A stretch of DNA of 64,000 nt from Octopus vulgaris (Eukaryota): contig OX597816.1 in NCBI GenBank assembly GCA_951406725.2, forward strand, positions 68,200,001 to 68,264,000, written 5' to 3'. The notes below the pieces were generated by a model that saw only the letters and a list, made by a program, of their open reading frames with translations, searched no databases and was not told the DNA's origin. This document shows, piece after piece, positions 53,140 through 64,000 of this stretch. How positions within the stretch are numbered: position 1 is the first letter of the stretch; every line of letters begins with the position of its first letter. The position numbers and the translations under genes are program-made.

Positions 53140-54795
53140 TCATATGATATTTGGGCAGATCCTGTTCAACATATCATCCAACATGTTGGCCAAAACAGTG
53201 GTTGGTATTTGTGTGTACATGTTAATGAACTCGTTCTTAGTGTCACTGTTCTGCCATTTTAGATATTTCAGCTTCCTCCACATTGATATAGAACGGAAGT
53301 GGGCATTGTTATCTGGCCAGTATGTAGGGAAAAACTCAATAACACCCGCATGTTTTGGTAGAAATAATGAATGGGTCATTCCTGCACCGTGCATTCCAAT
53401 AAGAATATCAGTGTTAATAATCCAGTTTAGTTGCATGTCTATTGTAAAAAGATCAATTTGTATTCCTTTGACAGAGTGTTTTCCTGAAAGACGTTTTCGT
53501 GCTTGTTGTAACAGGCCTAACTCGTTTCTGATTTTTCTTGAGACAATTCCTTTGGGGTTTCTCGGATGTGCGATGTAATCTCTTCTCCAGATAAACAATA
53601 CGTTCAAACTTGAACAGTCGAGTTCTCTGTTTGCCGTTTGATTGAACCTTTTTAAGAAGAAATCGCGGAATTCTTCAACGTATGGTAAAGTATCACGGTC
53701 CATTTGCATAATCGGACTGTTATATCCCATAATACTCCAAACAAGTTCACGGAATATGACAGGCCTCTTTATCCTTTTTAACCTAGTGTAACCTGCAAAA
53801 AGATTTTTCCATATAGAATCAAGCGAACCTTGAGGATGTGCGTCAATCCAAAGAATTCTGACATTTTGTGGCTGTTTTTTGAATACAAGCAACATTAGAA
53901 AAGCGTTATAAAAATCCGTCATGGTGTGATAGAAATTGACGTATTCGTAACGCGTAATTGCTATCGTAAAACACGTTTCAGTGAAAATGTTTTGATATCT
54001 GAAACTAGATGTTCCTTTTAACACTGACCACCAATCATTCAAATGGTTTCTTTTTAGAAACTGATACGTTGATATCGAATGACAGTTTACTTTAAAGAAA
54101 CCGGGTTCGAGGTTTAGATATTCCTCTTCTTCCGATTGGTTGAACACAGTGTTAAGGTTTTCTCCCCCTTCGTGACCCTTGCACAATTTTGTATCAATTA
54201 AAACATCGTTTAGTTTTGCGAATTCACTCGAGAAACATTCAATTCCCTTTGAACAAAAATAAGCTCGGTTTTTAATCCAACCAGAAACCGTTGGATCTTT
54301 TATAATGAAGTCTTTTGCGAAATATGGAAAGTCTGTGTTTGATGATGATGATGCTGCCCCTGATGCTGATAATGACGATGATGATGATGATGAAGATGCT
54401 GAGTTTAATGATAATTTTAACTTTGATGGTAATAACTTTAATGATAATTTTGACGATGAATTTAACGACGATGATAATGACGCTGATGATGATGAAGATG
54501 ATGACGATGAAGATGATGACGATGATGACGATGATGACGACGAAGATCTAGATTTAGATTTTAATAGATAATACGTCTTATTTCGCATGGAATGTTTGAG
54601 AATAAATGCATCTTGTAGAAAAAGTTTATTTAAAGATAACGGATCTCTCTCTGAAAAGAAATTAGTTTTCGAATTAAAAGTTGGAACCAAAAGAGCACTC
54701 CAGAAAATCATGCCAAAAGCAGCGAAAAAATACGCCAATACGATTAATAGCAACGATCGTTGGGCATCAAATTTAGCGAAGCGTCGGAATCGCAT
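53140..54795 (-). CDS. Glycosyltransferase family 61 (DUF563) type II membrane protein, plant beta-1,2-xylosyltransferase-like; intronless CDS
   Basis: 551-aa ATG-started ORF with A at -3 (gccataATG). N-terminal signal-anchor (SLLLIVLAYFFAAFGMIFWSALLV), Ser-rich stem, then GGENL..EEEE, TRYEYVNFYHTMTDFY, WIDAHP, NVLFIWRRDYIAHPRN and the GT61 hallmark DILIGMHGAGMTH. Confidence 0.9.
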   Translation of the reverse strand: MRFRRFAKFDAQRSLLLIVLAYFFAAFGMIFWSALLVPTFNSKTNFFSERDPLSLNKLFLQDAFILKHSMRNKTYYLLKSKSRSSSSSSSSSSSSSSSSSSSSSASLSSSLNSSSKLSLKLLPSKLKLSLNSASSSSSSSSLSASGAASSSSNTDFPYFAKDFIIKDPTVSGWIKNRAYFCSKGIECFSSEFAKLNDVLIDTKLCKGHEGGENLNTVFNQSEEEEYLNLEPGFFKVNCHSISTYQFLKRNHLNDWWSVLKGTSSFRYQNIFTETCFTIAITRYEYVNFYHTMTDFYNAFLMLLVFKKQPQNVRILWIDAHPQGSLDSIWKNLFAGYTRLKRIKRPVIFRELVWSIMGYNSPIMQMDRDTLPYVEEFRDFFLKRFNQTANRELDCSSLNVLFIWRRDYIAHPRNPKGIVSRKIRNELGLLQQARKRLSGKHSVKGIQIDLFTIDMQLNWIINTDILIGMHGAGMTHSLFLPKHAGVIEFFPTYWPDNNAHFRSISMWRKLKYLKWQNSDTKNEFINMYTQIPTTVLANMLDDMLNRICPNII

Positions 54796-55260
54796 TATGG
54801 CAGCTGAAGGATAACGGTGAGTCCTGAGATGGAAAAGTCTTTAGTTGTGCGAAGCGTATCATTCAATTTAATTTGGCAACGGAATTCTCCTGCGCTTGGG
54901 ATTCATTTGGGGAAACGGTTGAAAAATCATCCGCTATGTTTTCTCTCGAGATGTTTGTTGATGTCGTTGCTGTTGTTGTTGTTGTTTGCTGTTACACTTC
55001 TTATTGCTATTGTTGTTGTTGGTATTACTGCTGCTGATGTTGCTGCTGTTGTTTTCGTTATTCTTGCGGTTATTCTTGCTTTCGATGTTTCTTTTAGTTC
55101 TGCTCACACTGCTACTGCTGACGTCGACGTTTTTCTTGTTTTTCTTTTTGCTGTTTTTGTTGTTTCCAGAAGACATGTATTCCGGATTAGTGGTGGCAAG
55201 ACTATGGACAAATATTGTTTCTTTATCGATTTTTCGTTCGATTTTCAATAACTGGTTTCC

Positions 55261-55300
55261 CTAGGGAATAAAAGGAAAGAATAAAAGCAAAATTATGAAA
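55261..55300 (-). promoter_or_regulatory. Candidate splice acceptor for the exon carrying the GT61 5'UTR and CDS (exon would start at 55260)
   Basis: Minus strand reads ttttgcttttattctttccttttattccctag|ggaaacc: long polypyrimidine tract followed by TAG. Confidence 0.55.
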
Positions 55301-56469
55301 AATGAACACACAAAAATCAATCAAAATAAAACAAAAAGTAAACAAAAAAGCAACATATTTAGCAGTCAGGTATTTCAAAGATGGCGATAAGTTGTTATTT
55401 GATATTACAAGACGACATTCGTTTAATACCACTTATCTGAAAAATACAGCCGCTTGTGGAATAAATTACGAAGAAAAGTATGAAAAGAACATACTAAAAA
55501 ATATAGACCGAAGTAATGTAACCCCTCAAAAATGTCTAAAACAAGGGAATTCTGAAACACTAACGAGAGGTAACTGTTTATTAGAACAGTTCAAATTAAA
55601 ATGGATTAAAAAAATAGATAGACGTGTCGTTCGCGAGAAGAGACTCAATAGATCGCTCTACTAAGCACGTCACTCCGAACGGCAAGTCAAGTCGTATGCA
55701 AGCGATCCTTTTCGTCTCGAGCTCTTCGAACATGGATTAAGTAGGCACATGATCAATGCCGTCATTATGTTCAGCACTACATTCTCTTATGTATCTTCCC
55801 TTTTCCCTTTATTTTTGAAGTCGCTGAATATGTGATTTGAGGGAGCATTTGTCTTTGAAGTCGAGGGATACACTTTTAAACTTTTTTTTATTAACTCATA
55901 ATAATGGTTTCCAGCTTTCATAGTTTCTTACAATAGTTCAAATCAAAACAGATTAAATTGACATATAATCAATGGCATTCTAACCATGACAATCTCGTTT
56001 TCATTTTCATACCAAACACAATATCTTACGTGTCTTTCCTTTTCCATTATTTTTTAAGTCGTTGAATATGTGATATGTGGGAGCATTTGTCTCTTATTTC
56101 GAAGTCGAGTGATTCACGTATAGGCTCTCTTATTAACTTATAGCAATGGTTTGCAGCTTAAACTTCAAAACCACACATTTCAGGTAGAATGTGACCACGC
56201 TCCCACGTGATCAACTAGGCTGTCAGATGTTATTGCATATCGCTGATCACAATGCATATTTGCATTGGTTTTAGCCTTCAAATGACGCCACCCCGCTGGC
56301 TACGTGAGCAGGCCAGCATTTCCACAGGATCGAAAGAGGGACTGGAACAATGTAAAATGAAGTGTTTCGCCCAAGAACACAACGCACTGCCGAGTCAGGG
56401 AATCGAACCCACGATCGAGCGATCGTGAGTGCAACAACTTAACGACTAGGCCACTAATTTTGGACTAAT

Positions 56470-59196
56470 TTTTTTGCCCCTCCTCCTAACGGGGGTGGGA
56501 TTTGAACTTTGTTGGTGAACTGTTGTCCTCTACAAGAGGAAAATATTTTATTTCCCATTTTTGTGCGAAACTATTTAATTTGTGTAATTTACTTGGGAAA
56601 TTAATTTTAACCGAAGAATATCAGTTAAAATTATACACGAGAGGTGTACACTCGTAAAGAGTAAGCACGAAATGTGAAAAAGTTTTGGTGGTTGCCGCGT
56701 TGGCAACCGAAAATATCGACATTCCTGTCAATCAGCTGGAAGGTTTATTAAAAGAATGAAAGAGAAGGGCGTTGACGTTAAAATATCACCCTCCTCCAGT
56801 GTGGCCGACACAGAAAAACGGACTGTAGTGTTTAAATCCTTCTACCCACAAAACAGAAGGTTTAAACACTTCGAAAAAGAGAAAATTGAAAAATGTTTGT
56901 CCCCGATATGGAAAGACGTAGCCTATATTGCAAGGGACAGGCATACGGTACAGTTGAGAGCCGTCTTTCTAGTGAAGAGGTGGCCCGCCTAGGCATTCCG
57001 TGTGGCAGGAGGTGGCACTTCTACCTACATACATGGGAAGGCGGACTTCCCGTGTGAAGGTAACAGAAGTACCGGAGGTTGGCCCGAAGGAGGTGATAGC
57101 CGCCCTGTTGTTTAACAGGACCTATAAAATTCTTGCAAATTACATGCTCTGCCCCCCAGAATTGGCTCGGTCGGAGCATTACAGCAATTGTACAGGGGGT
57201 GCAGGAAGACCTTCAGGAGCTTCCTAAAGGGCTCTCGTGGGCGAGAATGTGGCCCTTAGAGTGCACGTGGAAGGAAGAAAACCCACCTGTTATGAATGTG
57301 GGGAAAAAGACCACATTCACGTGGACTGTGAAACAAGGAACCAAAAAGAAAAGGAAAAGATGGAAAAAATGGCGCAGGAACCAGGCCCTTCAGAAAACCC
57401 CAAAATAGTCCCCAAACCTACGCATATACAAGTAAAAATTCCCACTCCCCCAACTGCGGTGCCGGCCCCTAAACATAACACCACAAAATCCCAATCCCTG
57501 CATACACCAATCCTGACACAAGTAAAACTACCCACCCCCTTGTTGGCACCTGATGGAAAAAGTACAGCTCCCTCGGACGACACCAATGAGGTGGTCGAGG
57601 AGGAGTACGCAGTAGTTCGTAAACGAACTCATACACTGTCCCCATCCATTTCCCCCACAAAAACAAACGAGAACACACAGCCAATTACCAAAAAACCCTC
57701 ACCCCTTTGTCACCGGGAAAAAGAAAAAGATGACTGTGACATTAAGGTGTTGGTGGAATTTGATACCAGAGACAAATACACAGACGAAATAATTATGAAC
57801 CACCACACCGCCAAGCTTTTCTCGAAGCACAAAGACTTTCCGAAGAGATGTGCCTGGGTAAGGGAAACCCTATTCAAGCAGTTGAAGGAAAGACACCCGA
57901 CGGCAATCGGAAGAACTGGGAACCTTCCGAAGTATTTGGAGAAGGGAGGGCTGTCTCACGTGTGGTGAGGTCAGCCCCAACGTCGCCCGTGAAGGGTAAG
58001 TAGAACCTCTACTTTTTAAGTTGTGATTGCATTTAACCTTGGTTGTCTGAATGTACGTGGTTCGAAGTGGAGTTCGAAGTGGAAGCAAACTTGTTTCCTC
58101 GACGACCTCAGATCACACGATAAACATGTGATGGTTACTACAGAGACCAAGCTGGACAGTCTACAAACCTTCTCGCCACTCCTGAATGGCTATGAGAAAA
58201 TCACGTCTCCTCCAGATCGGAGGACGAAGACATTGGTAGTGTTAGGTGACTTTAACGCTATTACTGACGCACGCATCAATAGCGTTGGCTCGACCGGTAG
58301 GAAAGTGAACTCACGTCTCGTGGATCTGCTTAAGCGCTTTCAGCTGGCAGATCGTTGCAGGCTTGACTAGCAGGACGTCTCAGAGTGAACCTGGATTAGT
58401 GGAGACGGAATGCTCAAGTCTTACTTAGATAGGATAGTGTTAAGAACTAACGATAAGACCAGTTATAGCTGTCCACTGATTGTCCAAGTAGTCAACACTG
58501 ACCATAGAATAGTTAAGTGTAGACTGGACATAGAGAGTACAGTTAAGAGAAGACCCGGGTACTTGAAGGTTAACAAGTCTATTTTGACTTGCGAGGCATA
58601 CTGGATTAAGGAGTTAGTACAGAGGGAGTTAACCGTCGCTGTGGTTAATAACCGGTGGTGGGTTAGTCCTCAAGAGAGTCATTCGGTTTGAGTCCATTAG
58701 GTTTAGTCAACAGTTAAGACTAGATAAGGCCAGAATAGAAGAGCAACTAGTCAAGGACTTAGAAGAGGCGTTGAGGTTGGGCTCTGCATCTCACATTTTG
58801 GCTGCGAGACCGTCATCTCAAAGCCAAATATGAGGGGTGTAGAGTTCGGGCAAAAGTGCGAGCATCGGGCCATGAGAGAATTAATGTTGCCGGATCAGCC
58901 CGTACGGTAGAAACCCAGCGTGGCAACGATGCTACAATTAGGTCATTTGTCGAAGAAAACGGACGTTCGGTTGAAGGACGGGACGAGATGTGTGAGGCGC
59001 TTTACAAGCACTTTGCCGAATTGTTCGGGAGGAGCAGGACGCTGGATCATGGTGAGGCCCTTATGGACTGCCTGTCTGGGGGCCCGCGTCTCTCGGCACG
59101 AGGGGCTGAGTGCTGTGAAGGGCCAATCACAGCCAAGTAGGTGATCGCGGTGCTGGGCGAGTGCTCCGGGGAGAAGTCGCCGGTTCGCGATGGTCT
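56470..59196 (+). mobile_element. Degenerate Tx1/L1-group LINE: ORF1 with CCHC knuckle plus ORF2 endonuclease, 3'-truncated
   Basis: ORF1 fragment has CYECGEKDHIHVDC (CX2CX4HX4C). ORF2 fragments LNVRG, TETKL, LGDFNA, YLDRI, TDH, PGYLKVN; ends at a KSPG-DGL-like motif. Several stops and frameshifts. 5' boundary approximate. Confidence 0.8.
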
Positions 59197-59317
59197 ATAA
59201 AAAAGTACCGGGATCGATTCATTCGACTAAAGTTCTTCAAGGCTGTGCCCCAGCATGGTCGCAGTCTAATAACTAAAACGAGTAAAAGAATAAAAGTATA
59301 TATATATATACTATTTC

Positions 59318-59534
59318 CTCTCTTTTACTTGTTCCAGTCATCTGACTGCGGCCATGCTGGATCACAGCCTTTAGTGGAGCAAATCGACCCCAGGAGTTTG
59401 TAAGCCTAGTACTTATTCTTTCGGTCTCTTTTGCCGAACCTCTAAGTTATGTGGACGTAAACGCACAACGATCGCTTGTCAAGCGATGTTGGCGGGACAA
59501 ACACAAACACAAACACAAACATATACATGCACAC

Positions 59535-59587
<53 letters not shown>

Positions 59588-59760
59588 TATATATATACAT
59601 ATATACGACAGGATTCTTTCAGTTTCCTTCTACCAAAACCACTCTTTGGTCGGCTCGAGGCTATAGTAGAAGGCACTTGCCCAAGGTGCCACGCAGTGGG
59701 ACTGAATCCGGAACCATGTAGTTGGTAAGCAAGCTACCTACAACACAGCCACTCCTGCGC
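59318..59760 (-). mobile_element. SINE family A
   Basis: Full-length reverse-complement match. Confidence 0.85.
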
Positions 59761-60191
59761 TGTATGTACATATGTATATATATATATATATATATATATG
59801 CATATATGTATATATATTTATATATACACACACTCATACGCGCGCGCACACACTAGCACGCACACACGCACATACGTCGCGTGCGTAATTCGTCTGCCGT
59901 TAGAACTTGGCGTTATAGTTATTTTGAATGACTTAAGTCCAAGACACGTTGAACAATGTAATGTCTTCTGATAGACTGAAACAGCCAAATCTTCTAAGTT
60001 CTAGGTGTTGTTACTTTCTTTATTGTTTCCTTATATCCTCTGTATTATTCTGTGTAGTAAGTTTTAGTTGTGCTCTATAGGCTTTGGATTTCGCCTGAAG
60101 CAAATGGCGATCTATTGTGTTTACTTTTATCTATTTTCTAATCTACTTTTAGCTTTTTAGGTTTTGAAATATTTTCCTCATAAACTTTTAC

Positions 60192-60278
<87 letters not shown>

Positions 60279-60341
60279 AATATATACACACATACATACG
60301 TACATACATACACACATACATACATAGATACATACATACAT

Positions 60342-60389
<48 letters not shown>

Positions 60390-60657
60390 GACCTCAGTTC
60401 ATGTAGGATATGTATATTTACACACGGTATATATAAGTTAAGTATATAAATAAAGGCTATATATAAGAGCAACGGTACAATCTGCTACGCAATCCATTAT
60501 TCAGCCGGCTTTCTACATTCTTAATAATAAACCTACATTTGTTAATACATACTTGACCTTAATGTGTAAAAAGCTTAATATTTAGAATAAACGGAAGTGA
60601 AATCGCTGCTAAGGTGAATAATACAAACATACATAATCACATACAAACACACACACT

Positions 60658-60696
<39 letters not shown>

Positions 60697-61437
60697 ACAC
60701 ATTAGTTCAGTAAAATTCCAGTAAAACCTTGTAGAATGCTATGCAAAGCTCGTCCGCAATTATCGGCTACCTGTTGTTATTATACTGTGGAAATTCTTCT
60801 GTTACTGAATTCCATAGTAAGCGTAGAGTTTATATAAATAGTAAAATGTGAATAGTAATGATAGAAAATGGAATTAACGACATTGTTTATACCCGCTAGA
60901 ACTGATTCGACATACTCTTACATCTTTGGTACATAGGTGAGAAGGGCAATCAGTCTCATACATACAAGGTGTTAAATGCGTCTCCTCAGGTGATTGTTTA
61001 AATAGGTTCTTCGTTACATCCTCTCACCATTTCATTCAGTCTGACAATGTCTACTCAGAGTGATGTATAATTCCCAGTAGATCACAGTGGAGACTAGAAC
61101 CGTAGATGTAGTTACAGACAAAATACAATTACAATCAAAATACAAAATAATTATTAAAAAACCCAGAAAAGAAAAGCGTCAGGCGGATTGTAAATTATCA
61201 TTGTATCTAAACGGTCAGATTATATAAGGATGAAAGTACAAAAAGACTAAAGGATAAAATGAAGAATAAAATAAAACGTTAGAGGAGGTGTAGGAGTGGT
61301 TCCGAGTTCAGTCCCACTACGTGGCACCTTGGGCAAGTGTCTTCTACTATAGCCTCGGGCCGACCAAAGCCTTGTGAGTGGATTTGGTAGACGGAAACTG
61401 AACGAAGCCGTTCGTAAGGCGGCGAAATAACAGAAAA

Positions 61438-61667
61438 AGCGAGATGGCAGAAACGTCAGCACGCCTGGCGAAATGCTTAGCGGTATTTCGTCTGCCACTA
61501 CGTTCTGAGTTCAAATTCCGCCGAGGTCGACTTCGCGTTTCATCCTTCCGGGGTCGATTAAATAAGTAGCAGTTACGTACTGGAGTCGATATAATCGACT
61601 TAATCTATTTGTCTGTCCTTGTTTGTCCTCTCTGTGTTTAGCCCCTTGTGGGTAGTAAAGAAATAGG
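61438..61667 (+). mobile_element. SINE family B, preceded by a family A fragment at 61298-61413
   Basis: Core and tail match. Confidence 0.82.
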
Positions 61668-62336
61668 ACACACAACACACACACACACACATACATATAT
61701 ATACATATATATATACATATATATATTTCGTAAGGACGGAAGGAGGGACACATGCATATTTGGGAGGTATTTACATTCAGCAAAGAAACGTTATACATAT
61801 TCAAAAAAAAAAAAAATAAATAAAAAGGAAAAGCTCCAGAAGCGTTCATATGAAAAACGCAAGTATCACAAGGAACGGGAATGCCTGTATTTGCAAAATT
61901 CAAAAGGTAAGAACTGAGCATATATTGGAAAGACCTTTTATATATTTTGTTTTATTTGAAATGTGTTATTTATAACACGGCTAGTATTCTGACACCTTAT
62001 AGAATTTCAGTTACTTAAAGATATTGCAGGATTAGTTGATTATAATCAAATTTGCTTTTCAAGTGCCAACTCTTGGAAATTCTTTGGTTTAGATAACGCA
62101 AATATTATTCCATTTAAAATTAAAGTAAAATAATTTTAATGAATATTTTCTACGTGCCAACTGAATTAAAAACAATTTGTGTGAATGATGTCACAATCTT
62201 TTCTTCTTTTATCTCTTTCTTGTTTCAATCATTGGACCACGACCATGCTTAGGCACCATCTTTAAAGTTCTAGTACTTATAGTTATTCTAAAGTTTGGTA
62301 CTTATTCTATCGGTGTCTTTTGCCCTTGAAAGGGAT

Positions 62337-62376
<40 letters not shown>

Positions 62377-62379
<3 letters not shown>

Positions 62380-64000
62380 AGTTAGTTAGTTAGTTAGTTA
62401 GTTAATTGGCTCAAAAGCAAATAGCAAGGCCATGTAGGGGGACATGGAGTTAAGTACAGTTAAGTGTTCATGTAAAGAGTTCAGGCCACTTGAGGTCCAG
62501 GGAGGCTTTGAGCAAAGCGGTCGTCGGCATCTTCACCATCTCGTCTGGCAGCTTGTTCCACGGATCCGCAACCCGGACGGAGAAAGCTCCTCTCCTTCGA
62601 TTGAGATGAAATCGTCGCAGGTAGAGCTTTTCGGAATGACCCCGCAGCCGACGCTCTGGAGCAGGAGTGAAGAACAGCTCTTTCGAGAGGTTACACTTTC
62701 CGCTTATGATGTTGTGGGCGAGAATGAGATCACTACGGCGGCGGCATTTTTCAAGAGAATAAAGGTCGAGCGTCCTCAGCCTTTCTTCGTAGGACAAATT
62801 TTTGAGACCATGAACCATGCGGGTAGCCAGCTTCTGGACTCTTTCGAGATGCTGTATGTCTTTGAGGAGATAAGGAGAAGAGGCTTGAATCCCATACTCC
62901 AATATGGGTCTCACCAGCGTGACATAGAGTGGTAGGAATATGGCTGCTGTGAGCATTCCGAATGACCGTCGAATCAAGAACAGAATTCCGCGTGCTTTGT
63001 TGGCAGCATGGACGCACTGGGCCGAAGGCGAAAAGGAGGAGTCCACCAAGATACCTAGGTCCTTTACCTGATCGGTCCTCTCCAGCAGCAGACGACCCGG
63101 CTCGAAATCAAGTTGAGTTGCAGGAGTAGAGCCGACAGGCAGATGACAGCACTTTGACACGTTCAGACACAGGTCCCAATCGTTAGACCACTTCCAAATT
63201 TGGTGGAGGCATCGACGAAGATCCTCTATATTACCGCGAGGAGCGACCAGTTTGATATCGTCGGCAAATAGAAGGGTGTTTTGCGTGAGGTCGTCGGGCA
63301 AGTCATTTATGAAGACTAAGAACAAGGGCCCAAGCACTGAACCTTGAGGCACGCCACTGCTCGCACTGGAGACGTCGGACCGCGAACCATTAACTTGGAC
63401 TTAGAAGGAGCGATCTGAGAGGAAGGCACCAACCCATCGTACAATATCCGGATGGAAACTATATGCTTGAAGCTTGACAAGTAATAGGCGGTGGTTTACC
63501 GAGTCAAAAGCTTTGGCAAAGTCCAATAAAACGATGTCAACAGCATCACTATCATCGAGGATGCGCGTCACCAATTCTTCCATTACTAGTAAGTTGGTCA
63601 AGTATGATCTCTTCGGCACAAAGCCGTGTTGGGAATCAGAGATAGAGGCCGTGTTTAGGAGGTGGAGCATCATACTTTTCTTAAGGATGGTTTCGAACAT
63701 CTTGCTGATTATTGATGTAAGGGAAACCGGTCGGTAGTTAAGCGGGTCTTCGCGGCTCCCTTTCTTGAAAATTGGGCAGATTATCGCTGTTCTCCAGTCT
63801 GCAGGTATAACACCCGTCGCCAATGACATATTGAATAGTCGTGTTAAGGGCTCGCAGATGACCGGAGCCAACGCTTTGATAACCCGTGGGTGTATGCCAT
63901 CAGGGCCGTGACCCTTGTTGACATCGAGGCCTTGAATAACACGTTTGACTTCGTCCCGCGTGATGACCAATCGAAGCATTGGAGGTACCGATCTATCAAA
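62377..64000 (-). mobile_element. CR1-like LINE 3' portion (RT domain) with one in-frame stop, running off the window end
   Basis: ORFs 63401..63979 and 62468..63352 are in frame across a single TAA. Motifs GPDGIHP, YRPVSLTS, LDFAKAFD, PQGSVLGP, LFADD, RPILEY, LERVQ. (TAAC)n tail at 62377-62404. Confidence 0.92.

Overview
AT-rich, microsatellite-dense animal genomic DNA, most likely an octopus (inferred from the tRNA-derived SINE families and repeat landscape, not from a database search). One convincing host gene is visible: a 551-aa GT61 glycosyltransferase with an intronless CDS at 53140-54795 (-), whose motifs resemble plant N-glycan core beta-1,2-xylosyltransferase more than EOGT or POMGNT2. 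The rest is mobile DNA and simple repeats: at least four SINE families, CR1-like LINEs (one near-intact ORF2 nested in a SINE), Tx1-like, R4/Dong-like and RTE remnants, Helitrons with recognisable termini, a DD37D maT transposase, a Tigger/pogo remnant and MITEs. The most unusual signal is a set of unrelated small elements carrying minimal type-I hammerhead ribozyme folds of the Penelope type. These include a tandem pair that would excise a 570-nt monomer (retrozyme-like, 14.7-16.4 kb) and a TSD-flanked tRNA-headed SINE with a hammerhead tail (37645-37955). Most short ORFs in the track are microsatellite or antisense artefacts. Coordinates were counted by eye and may be off by a few bases.
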